DNA from: Candidatus Woesebacteria bacterium
GTDB lineage: Bacteria; Patescibacteriota; Microgenomatia; UBA10105; UBA927
Assembly: GCA_020057765.1 (NCBI GenBank)
Contig: JAGVFE010000093.1
Location: 1 to 26,429 of the forward strand
Direction: 5' to 3'
Length of the DNA: 26,429 nucleotides
Below the pieces are notes generated by a model, which saw nothing but the letters and a program-made list of their open reading frames with translations, was not told where the DNA came from and searched no databases. The translations under genes were made by a program, and so were the position numbers. Below, piece after piece: positions 1 to 6,885 of this stretch. The stretch's first letter is position 1; the number at the start of each line of letters is the position of its first letter.

Positions 1-885
1 CCCATGTACGTGTATGGTAGAGAATTTTCCGCTGACATAGACAAGCGCTGCGATTGTCCGAAAGCCATTTATGAGCTTGAGGATTATTCCACGCGTCCGG
101 TAGGGTACGTGCGCGAAGCACGAAAAGACGTCATCGGCATACTTTTGCGTGATCTGCTGCAAAAAGCACTGGGCGTATCGCCATCGAAATACTGGGGGCA
201 GCTATTCCAAATGTTATTGACCGAGATCAACGAGAAACACGTATTGGCCTATATGCACGACTCCGGCACACAGAAAGCACTCGAAAGCTTTAACCTAGGG
301 GGCCGCATCATGACGGCGAGCGAAACAGCCACCCTTCTCAAATACAAAGAAGGGAACGGGTGGGACTATATCCACCTTAACAATAGCAATATGGCTGGGG
401 CCAAGTCCAACATGTTTGTGAGCCAAAAGGTAACAAAAGACGTGACTGTGAATGGCGATGGTACTGCAATGACGAAACTGACCGTTGATTATAAAAACCC
501 ATATCCAGGAAGCGATTGCGGTTTGGAAAGCGGTGGTCTCTGTCTCAATGCGCCGCTTCGTAATTGGGTACGTGTTTATGCGCCAAGTGATAGTAAACTG
601 GTTGATAGCAAAGGAACGATTTCGCCAAAGGACAGTAAAGCAGTTCCGATGGACACCTACACAGGTTTAGGCAAGACGGTATTTGAAGGATTTCTCATCA
701 TTAATCCGTTGGGAACGGCAAAACTTGAGTTAACCTATTCTTCGCAGGTGAAATCAGCAGACGGCAAGTATCGCCTGCTTATCCAAAAACAGTCTGGTAC
801 GGACAAAGATGAATGGACGATCAAACTCAACGGGAAAGAACGAAAAAAGTTTCCTCTCCAAACCGACACCGAACTGGTCCTATAA
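1..885 (+). CDS. C-terminal part of a DUF4012-like extracytoplasmic protein (5'-truncated by the window edge)
   Basis: Frame is open from base 1. Motifs such as HLNNSNMAGAKSN, NWVRVYAP and LLIQKQSG match my recollection of the C-terminal region of CPR DUF4012 proteins. Confidence 0.65.
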   Translation, partial: PMYVYGREFSADIDKRCDCPKAIYELEDYSTRPVGYVREARKDVIGILLRDLLQKALGVSPSKYWGQLFQMLLTEINEKHVLAYMHDSGTQKALESFNLGGRIMTASETATLLKYKEGNGWDYIHLNNSNMAGAKSNMFVSQKVTKDVTVNGDGTAMTKLTVDYKNPYPGSDCGLESGGLCLNAPLRNWVRVYAPSDSKLVDSKGTISPKDSKAVPMDTYTGLGKTVFEGFLIINPLGTAKLELTYSSQVKSADGKYRLLIQKQSGTDKDEWTIKLNGKERKKFPLQTDTELVL

Positions 886-888
886 ATC

Positions 889-1440
889 ATGTCCACCGGC
901 AGATTCTATACGGTTGAAGGAATAGTCCTTAAGCGAAAGAATAGTGGAGAAGCAGACCGCATCATTACGTTGTTTACCAAAGAAAAGGGCAAACTTGTGG
1001 TGACAGCAAAGGGCATCCGCCGAATCACAAGTAAACGCGCACCACATTTGGAAGTATTTAGCCGCGGAAGACTCCTCCTTCATCGCGGCCACTATCGGGA
1101 TACCATTTCAGAAATTGAGCCGCTTGCTACGTATGCGGACTTGCGAAATCATCTTGGGCGGGTCAGCGTTGCGTACTATCTTTGCGAAGTTATTGACGTA
1201 CTTTTGCCGGAACAGCAAGAGCACCGGGATGTCTATAGTCAATTAACTCAGGCGCTGGTCATCCTTGATCGCGGCAATCCTGCGGATGATTATATACAAG
1301 TATTTACGGAGAAGTTATTGATTTTGCTTGGATTTTTGTCTGCACAGCGGCGTTTGTCAACCGAAGAAGTGCTTGCATACGTTGAACAGTTGACAGAGCG
1401 CAAGTTGCGGACACGAAGGTTGTTGCTTCAACTAGCATGA
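889..1440 (+). CDS. recO: DNA repair protein RecO (short form, no C-terminal zinc finger)
   Basis: N-terminal OB-fold signature GIVLKRKNSGEADRIITLFTKEKGKL..AKGIRR.TSKR. Neighbours glycyl-tRNA synthetase, as in many bacteria. Confidence 0.92.
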   Translation: MSTGRFYTVEGIVLKRKNSGEADRIITLFTKEKGKLVVTAKGIRRITSKRAPHLEVFSRGRLLLHRGHYRDTISEIEPLATYADLRNHLGRVSVAYYLCEVIDVLLPEQQEHRDVYSQLTQALVILDRGNPADDYIQVFTEKLLILLGFLSAQRRLSTEEVLAYVEQLTERKLRTRRLLLQLA

Positions 1441-1724
1441 TGGCCGCCAAGATGGATGTCTTCAAGTTTTTTTACCCGTTGCGGAAGTTTTTGTTCGAAG
1501 TGTTCCTGTGATTCATCAAGAAGACTGGTAAGTGCAGTTTTTGCGAAATCTGCAAATTCTACTAAGTCATTAATTTTTTTGTTCGCTGAATCTGCAAATT
1601 CTACAAGATTGGCGAGTGTCGGCTTAGCGTAAGCGATAAATTCATTGACTGGTTTGAGCTTTTCGTTTAGTTTTCCGTCAATAAGCTCTTTGATTGCCTC
1701 TAGATCATCTTGGGTTAACTTCAT
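1428..1724 (-). CDS. Small hypothetical coiled-coil protein (98 aa) with an internal 14-aa repeat
   Basis: ORF MKLTQDDLEAIKELIDGKL... The start at 1724 (rather than GTG 1745) is supported by a TTGACA-17-TATGAT promoter ending 6 nt upstream. LVEFAD occurs twice, 14 aa apart. Confidence 0.75.
   Translation of the reverse strand: MKLTQDDLEAIKELIDGKLNEKLKPVNEFIAYAKPTLANLVEFADSANKKINDLVEFADFAKTALTSLLDESQEHFEQKLPQRVKKLEDIHLGGHHAS
1547..1604. repeat. 16-bp direct repeat AATCTGCAAATTCTAC with 42-nt period
   Basis: Copies at 1547-1562 and 1589-1604, encoding the two VEFAD repeats on the minus strand. Confidence 0.95.
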
Positions 1725-1730
1725 GTTTTG

Positions 1731-1759
1731 ATCATAGAGTTTCACCCATTGGTTGTCAA
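1731..1759 (-). promoter_or_regulatory. Sigma70-type promoter for the small antisense gene (leaderless)
   Basis: Minus strand reads TTGACA (1759-1754), 17-nt spacer, TATGAT (1736-1731), CAAAAC, ATG (1724). Confidence 0.8.
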
Positions 1760-1769
1760 TGCATCCATC

Positions 1770-1778
1770 TGATACAAT
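1770..1778 (+). promoter_or_regulatory. Extended -10 promoter for glyQS
   Basis: TGATACAAT (TGn + TACAAT) lies 8 nt before ATG 1787. TTGTCA at 1753-1758 is only 14 nt away, so probably not a usable -35. Confidence 0.55.
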
Positions 1779-1786
1779 TTTTTTAT

Positions 1787-3070
1787 ATGGGAATGATGGA
1801 CGACATAACGGCTCTGGCCAAACGACGTGGATTTATATACCCAGGCAGTGAAATTTACGGGGGAATCACTGGCTTTTGGGATTACGGACCGCTTGGGGTA
1901 GAGCTTAAGAATAATATTAAGCGACAATGGTGGCAGGCGATGGTCTACGAGCGGGAAGATGTCGTGGGACTTGATGCAGCAATTGTGATGAATCCTGCAG
2001 TGTGGGAAGCATCGGGACACGTTTCCGGATTTACCGACCCGTTAGTCGAGTGCAAAACGTGTCATAAACGTTTTCGAGCAGATAAGCCAGAACAACTTGA
2101 ACAACACACGGCAGCCCATGATGGGAAATCCGAGTGGACAAATGCAAAGAAGTTCAACCTTTTGACAGAAGTACTTCTTGGAATTACGGAACCCAAGGAG
2201 TTGACCTATCTTCGCGGAGAGATAACACAGGGGGTGTTTGTCAATTTTAAGAACGTGGTTGACTCAACCCGGGTGAAAATCCCTTTTGGAATCGCTCAGA
2301 TCGGAAAAGCATTTCGCAATGAGATTACCCCGGGAAATTTCACTTTCCGAAGCCGCGAGTTTGAACAGATGGAGCTTGAGTATTTTATTAAACCTGATGA
2401 GAAAGAAGGGCAGAAAATTTTTAAATACTGGAAGGAAGATCGGATGAAATGGTATGTGTCGTTGGGCATGACAAAAACGAAGCTTCGGTTTCGAGAACAT
2501 GAACCGGACGAACGCGCACACTATGCGCAAAAAGCAGAAGATATCGAATACGAAGCCCCTTTCGGATGGAGTGAGTTTGAGGGGATTCACCATCGGGGAG
2601 ATTGGGATCTTTCCCGTCACAAATTGACCTACACAGATTCCCAATCCAATGAGGTTTACACTCCATGGGTCATTGAAACTTCTGGCGGGGTAGATCGGGC
2701 CACACTATTTTTCCTTGTCGATGCCTATGTGCAAGAGGAAAAGCGGATAGTCTTAAAACTTCACCCGAAACTTGCACCCGTGAAAGTCGCCGTATTTCCT
2801 TTGGTTGCCAACAAAGACACCATTATCGGGAAAGCTAAAGAGGTCTATGCGGTGCTCAAAAAGAAGTTTGTGACTGCTTGGGATGATCGGGGAAACATCG
2901 GGAAGCGCTACTTGTCCCAAGATGAAGTAGGTACTCCCTGGTGCGTGACGATTGACTATGATACGCTGGAATCTGATACGGTTACGGTTCGAGATCGGGA
3001 CACAACCAAACAGGATCGGGTTAACGTAAGTAAGTTGGTTGAATATTTCAGCTCGAAGCTGGAAGAGTAA
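1787..3070 (+). CDS. glyQS: Glycine--tRNA ligase, alpha2 (GlyRS-1, eukaryote/archaea-like) type
   Basis: AKRRGFIYPGSEIYGG, DYGPLGVELKNN, motif 2 FRNEITPGNFTFRSREFEQME, anticodon domain GKRYLSQDEVGTPWCVTID. Start at ATG 1787 (alternatives 1793, 1796); the ORF-track extension to 1694 overlaps the antisense gene and is unlikely. Confidence 0.96.
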   Translation: MGMMDDITALAKRRGFIYPGSEIYGGITGFWDYGPLGVELKNNIKRQWWQAMVYEREDVVGLDAAIVMNPAVWEASGHVSGFTDPLVECKTCHKRFRADKPEQLEQHTAAHDGKSEWTNAKKFNLLTEVLLGITEPKELTYLRGEITQGVFVNFKNVVDSTRVKIPFGIAQIGKAFRNEITPGNFTFRSREFEQMELEYFIKPDEKEGQKIFKYWKEDRMKWYVSLGMTKTKLRFREHEPDERAHYAQKAEDIEYEAPFGWSEFEGIHHRGDWDLSRHKLTYTDSQSNEVYTPWVIETSGGVDRATLFFLVDAYVQEEKRIVLKLHPKLAPVKVAVFPLVANKDTIIGKAKEVYAVLKKKFVTAWDDRGNIGKRYLSQDEVGTPWCVTIDYDTLESDTVTVRDRDTTKQDRVNVSKLVEYFSSKLEE

Positions 3071-3076
3071 TTTCCT

Positions 3077-3541
3077 ATGAAAAAGAAAAATTTTCTTATT
3101 GTTTGCGCGGTCATAGGTGTCATTGTCGTTGGCATCGTTGGACTTAAAGTGCTCTCTTGGCCAAAGAAACAGGCACCAACGTTTGTAGAAGAAACCCCGG
3201 TTGTGGAGCTGGAGCCGCTTGCAACATCGGTGGTTGTTGCTGTTACAAAAAGCAAAACGAAAGACAATACTCTCGTTTTGAGTATTTTTGGTTTGCAAAG
3301 CAAGCATACGGCCGTTGCCTATGAGTTAAGCTACGATAGCCAGGGCATTACACAGGGAGTAACGAGCAAGCCGATTGATATTGCCGGAAAAGACAGTTTT
3401 GTGCGGGATGACATTTATATGGGCACGTGCTCCAAAAACATCTGCCGTCCGCATCCAGGCGTCGAAAAAGTGTCGCTCGTCTTAGAATTTACCAGTGCCT
3501 CCGGCAAAAAGAGCCAATTCTCCAAAGACTTCGACCTCTAG
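3077..3541 (+). CDS. Hypothetical protein with N-terminal membrane anchor and a C-S-x3-C motif
   Basis: Basic N-terminus followed by a hydrophobic helix (FLIVCAVIGVIVVGIVGL), a beta-rich body and GTCSKNIC. Sits 6 nt after the glyQS stop. Confidence 0.75.
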   Translation: MKKKNFLIVCAVIGVIVVGIVGLKVLSWPKKQAPTFVEETPVVELEPLATSVVVAVTKSKTKDNTLVLSIFGLQSKHTAVAYELSYDSQGITQGVTSKPIDIAGKDSFVRDDIYMGTCSKNICRPHPGVEKVSLVLEFTSASGKKSQFSKDFDL

Positions 3542-3567
3542 TCTCTTTCAAGTTTTTTTTATTTGTC

Positions 3568-3655
3568 GTGAAATGGGGATGTGAAATGGGGTATTGACAT
3601 GGCGTGAAAGATGGGAGAGTATGGATAAAGATGGAAAGAAGTGGTAGACTTGGGC
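3568..3655 (+). promoter_or_regulatory. mraZ/dcw promoter with phased MraZ-binding direct repeats
   Basis: TTGACA at 3594-3599 and a possible -10 GAGTAT at 3617-3622. TGG-N2 boxes start at 3612, 3622, 3632, 3642 and 3651. GTGAAATGGGG occurs at 3568 and 3581. Confidence 0.7.
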
Positions 3656-3656
3656 A

Positions 3657-4058
3657 ATGAAGTTATTCCTTGGGGAGTATGACCATGCTTTAGACGATCG
3701 GGGCCGTGTAACGCTCCCGGCAAAGTTACGGCAAGAGATTGACGAACGGGAAGTGGTACTAGCGAAGGGGTTTGACCCATGTATATTCGGCTTTGATAAA
3801 GGAAGTTGGGAGCACGAAGCAGCCAAACACCTAGAGATACCTGTTACAGACGAAAAGGCACGGAATTTACGAAGGTATTTGTTTGCGGGAGCCCAAAAGG
3901 TAGAGGTTGATAAGCTTGGACGCATACTCTTGCCTGCCCAGCTCAAGGAATACGCCAAAATTGCCCGGGAGGTAGTCATCATCGGTGCGGGAGATCACTT
4001 TGAAATTTGGGATAAAGCCAAGTGGAGGCAGCACGCTGCTACGCTGACCGGCGTATGA
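3657..4058 (+). CDS. mraZ: Transcriptional regulator MraZ
   Basis: FLGEYDHALDDRGRVTLPAKLR and the second DKLGRILLP repeat, GAGDHFEIW. First gene of the dcw cluster. Confidence 0.97.
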   Translation: MKLFLGEYDHALDDRGRVTLPAKLRQEIDEREVVLAKGFDPCIFGFDKGSWEHEAAKHLEIPVTDEKARNLRRYLFAGAQKVEVDKLGRILLPAQLKEYAKIAREVVIIGAGDHFEIWDKAKWRQHAATLTGV

Positions 4059-4906
4059 GTACATTCCATACGCCGGTATTTTTGAAAGAGGTGATAGAAG
4101 GATTAAAGGTAAAAGAAGGAGGGAAATACATTGATGCAACGATAGGCGGAGGAGGACACGGGGTGGAAATAGTCAAACGGGGTGGGAAATTGTTGGGAAT
4201 TGATGCGGACTCGGATGCATTAGAGTTTGCTAAAGAGAAGTTGGAAGTGAAATTAATACACAGAAATTTTAGAGATATAGAACAGATAGCAAAAACGAAT
4301 GGATTTGAGAAAGTCGATGGAATATTGTTTGATCTTGGCGTGTCGAGTCATCAACTTGATACACCCGCGCGCGGATTTAGTTATCGGTTTCCTGATGCGC
4401 CGCTTGATATGCGCTTGAGTGACACCACGAGCGTGACGGCGTCAGATATAGTCAATACCTATTCGGAGGAGGAACTTTATGAAATTTTTGCACGATTTGG
4501 TGAGGAACAGTTGGCTCGGCCACTTGCTCACGCTCTTGTGGGCGCCCGTCATATGAAAGCAATCGTCACAACCGGTGATCTCATAAACGTCATATCCCGT
4601 CTGGTATCGGATCAAAATCACCTGTCTGCCACTCTCTCGCGTATTTTCCAGGCCATCAGAATCGTCGTCAACGATGAATTAGGGGCTCTCAAGGCTGGTT
4701 TGGCCGGAGCGGCACATATTTTGCAGCCGGGTGGCAGAATTGCCGTCATATCCTTTCACTCGTTGGAAGATAGGATTGTTAAACAATTCCTGCAGGGTGC
4801 TTCTTGGACAGCGGTGACTAAGCGCCCAATGGTTGCCTCAGATGACGAGGTAGCACGCAATCCACGCGCTCGAAGTGCAAAACTTCGGATTGGAGAAAGA
4901 TTATGA
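4055..4906 (+). CDS. rsmH: 16S rRNA m4C1402 methyltransferase RsmH
   Basis: HTPV, DATIGGGGHG, DLGVSSHQLD, PLDMR, ISFHSLEDRIVK, NPRARSAKLR. ATG overlaps the mraZ stop (ATGA). Confidence 0.97.
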   Translation: MSTFHTPVFLKEVIEGLKVKEGGKYIDATIGGGGHGVEIVKRGGKLLGIDADSDALEFAKEKLEVKLIHRNFRDIEQIAKTNGFEKVDGILFDLGVSSHQLDTPARGFSYRFPDAPLDMRLSDTTSVTASDIVNTYSEEELYEIFARFGEEQLARPLAHALVGARHMKAIVTTGDLINVISRLVSDQNHLSATLSRIFQAIRIVVNDELGALKAGLAGAAHILQPGGRIAVISFHSLEDRIVKQFLQGASWTAVTKRPMVASDDEVARNPRARSAKLRIGERL

Positions 4907-5190
4907 AACTTATTCGACTCATCAGTACCCTCCTGCCTGCCGCCGGACTCGTGCTCATTCTTTTGCAATTGGTCGTCAGCAACCAACTCGCCGGGGCGGG
5001 TAAAAATACACTTTCTTTGGACAAAACCATTATATTATTGCAATCGCAAAATGAATTGCTGCGTCAGCAGGTGGCTGCACAAACGTCTCTCATTGCAATC
5101 GAAGTGAAAGCCAAAGAGCTCGGTTTTGCCACATCTCTTTCTACGATCGCCCTGCCTCCTCCCGATGTGGCATATAACCGTCCTCAATAG
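4903..5190 (+). CDS. ftsL: FtsL-like cell division protein
   Basis: One TM helix, a coiled coil and IEVKAKELGF. Occupies the rsmH-ftsI slot. Confidence 0.65.
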   Translation: MKLIRLISTLLPAAGLVLILLQLVVSNQLAGAGKNTLSLDKTIILLQSQNELLRQQVAAQTSLIAIEVKAKELGFATSLSTIALPPPDVAYNRPQ

Positions 5191-5194
5191 TTAA

Positions 5195-6868
5195 ATGATA
5201 CGTATCTGGTCTGTTTTCTCTCTCTTTCTGGTTTTTTTTGGCGTTATTATCACGCGTTTGTTTTACTGGCAAGTCGTTTCTGCTGAAGACCTCCAGCGAA
5301 AGGCTGCCTCACAGTATTATTTAGAATTTACGCTTCCGGCCACGCGCGGCGATATCCAGACATCTGACGGCAAGCCGGTTGTGATGAATCAGCCGGCATA
5401 TTTGGTATTTGCCGAACCCCGCAATATCAAAGACGTACGAACTTTTTCCCGGCTCGTTGCTCCGATCCTTAAAAAAGAACCGGCAGACATTGAGGCTCAA
5501 CTGACGATTGCGGATCGCGTATGGATTCCGCTTGGACGGAAAGTAGAGACTGCCGTTGCTGATGAACTCAGAAATCTCAAACTAATCGGGTTGGGTTTGG
5601 AAAAAGAATCGAAACGGTATTATCCCGAAAGCTCGATGGCTGCTCAACTGATGGGTTTTGTCGGTTCCGACGAGAACGGACGGGACAAAGGCTACTTTGG
5701 TCTGGAGGGCTATTACGATCGTGAGTTGCGCGGCAAGGATGGCAAAATTCAGCTGGAAAAAGATGTACGGGGTGCTCCGATCTTAGTAGGAGAGTCCAAG
5801 CGCGTTGAGCCGGAAAACGGCAGAAGCCTTGTTCTTTGGCTTGATCGGGTGATTCAGCACTCGGCAGAGGTGCGGCTCAAGCAAGGTTTGGAAAAATACG
5901 GGGCCAAAGAGGGCACGGTTGTTATCTTGGATCCCAAAACCGGCGGAGTCTTGGCGATGGCGTCCTACCCTAACTATGACCCGTCTGCCTTCGGCGATTT
6001 TGCCAAGGAACTGTATAAAAATCCCGTCGTAGCAGGGTCCTATGAACCCGGATCTACATTTAAAACGCTTGTGATGAGCGCAGGTCTTGACGAAAAAGAA
6101 GTGACTCCCTCAACAATTTTTGACGAAAGCGGCCCGGTTCCGATCGGTGAATACACCATCCGTACATGGAATAACCAATACCATGGTCCTATCTCGATGA
6201 CAAAAGTGATTGAGCATTCTTCCAACGTGGGCATGGTGTTTGTGGGAAAAAAGCTTGGGAAAGACCGATTGCTCAAGCATGTTCATCAGTTTGGGTTCGG
6301 GGTACCCACGGATATTGATTTGGAAGACGAAGCATCTGCTGATTTGCGGCCGGATAAAGAGTGGCACGAGATTGATTTGGCAACGGCATCTTTTGGACAA
6401 GGTATAGCCGTAACGCCAATCCAGATGGCCCGGGCAGTTGCTGCCCTAGCCAACGATGGATGGCTTATGGAGCCGCGGGTGGTAAAAGAAGTGGTTGACG
6501 CCAAAGGAAATCGAGTCACTATTAAGCCAAAAAAGCTCAAACAAGTGGTCAGTTCCGCCACAGCCCACGTGATGGCCGAGATGTTGGTTGCGGCTGTGGA
6601 CAATGGCGAGGCCAAATGGGCCAAACCAAAGGGCTATCGGATAGCCGGAAAAACGGGCACCGCCCAGATTCCTGTGGCTGGCCATTATGATGACAAAAAG
6701 ACGATTGCCTCTTTTGTCGGTTTTGCGCCTGCAGATGACCCTAAGTTTGTCATGCTTGTGACCCTTCGCGAACCGACGAGCTCTCCCTGGGGCTCGGAAA
6801 CCGCCGCCCCGCTCTTTTTTGCGATTGCCAAGGACATTTTTCGCTATTGGGGCATACCTCCGCAATAA
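5195..6868 (+). CDS. ftsI: Class B penicillin-binding protein (FtsI/PBP2 family)
   Basis: N-terminal TM, RGDI, RYYP, GLEGYYD; transpeptidase motifs STFK, SSN, KTGTAQ. Confidence 0.92.
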   Translation: MIRIWSVFSLFLVFFGVIITRLFYWQVVSAEDLQRKAASQYYLEFTLPATRGDIQTSDGKPVVMNQPAYLVFAEPRNIKDVRTFSRLVAPILKKEPADIEAQLTIADRVWIPLGRKVETAVADELRNLKLIGLGLEKESKRYYPESSMAAQLMGFVGSDENGRDKGYFGLEGYYDRELRGKDGKIQLEKDVRGAPILVGESKRVEPENGRSLVLWLDRVIQHSAEVRLKQGLEKYGAKEGTVVILDPKTGGVLAMASYPNYDPSAFGDFAKELYKNPVVAGSYEPGSTFKTLVMSAGLDEKEVTPSTIFDESGPVPIGEYTIRTWNNQYHGPISMTKVIEHSSNVGMVFVGKKLGKDRLLKHVHQFGFGVPTDIDLEDEASADLRPDKEWHEIDLATASFGQGIAVTPIQMARAVAALANDGWLMEPRVVKEVVDAKGNRVTIKPKKLKQVVSSATAHVMAEMLVAAVDNGEAKWAKPKGYRIAGKTGTAQIPVAGHYDDKKTIASFVGFAPADDPKFVMLVTLREPTSSPWGSETAAPLFFAIAKDIFRYWGIPPQ

Positions 6869-6870
6869 AG

Positions 6871-6879
6871 TGGTATAAT
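6871..6879 (+). promoter_or_regulatory. Internal extended -10 promoter for murE (leaderless)
   Basis: TGGTATAAT fills most of the 17-nt ftsI-murE gap; ATG 6886 is 6 nt after TATAAT. Confidence 0.7.
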
Positions 6880-6885
6880 TTACGT

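Noticed and set aside
1694-1786. 31-aa N-terminal extension of GlyRS given by the ORF track
   Set aside because: No GlyRS similarity, overlaps the antisense gene and both promoters. ATG 1787 or later fits better.
1725-1786. T-box or other riboswitch upstream of glyQS (and of ileS, 25881-25939)
   Set aside because: The intergenic regions are about 60 nt and taken up by promoter elements; no room for a T-box and no matching sequence.
2753-3307. Long antisense and alternate-frame ORFs (for example 184 aa at 2753-3307, 179 aa at 14060-14599, 168 aa at 7402-7908, 170 aa at 22336-22848)
   Set aside because: They are shadows of well-supported genes, with no recognisable motifs or expression signals.
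3520-3565. Possible intrinsic terminator before the T-run at 3553-3560
   Set aside because: No convincing GC-rich stem precedes the T tract.
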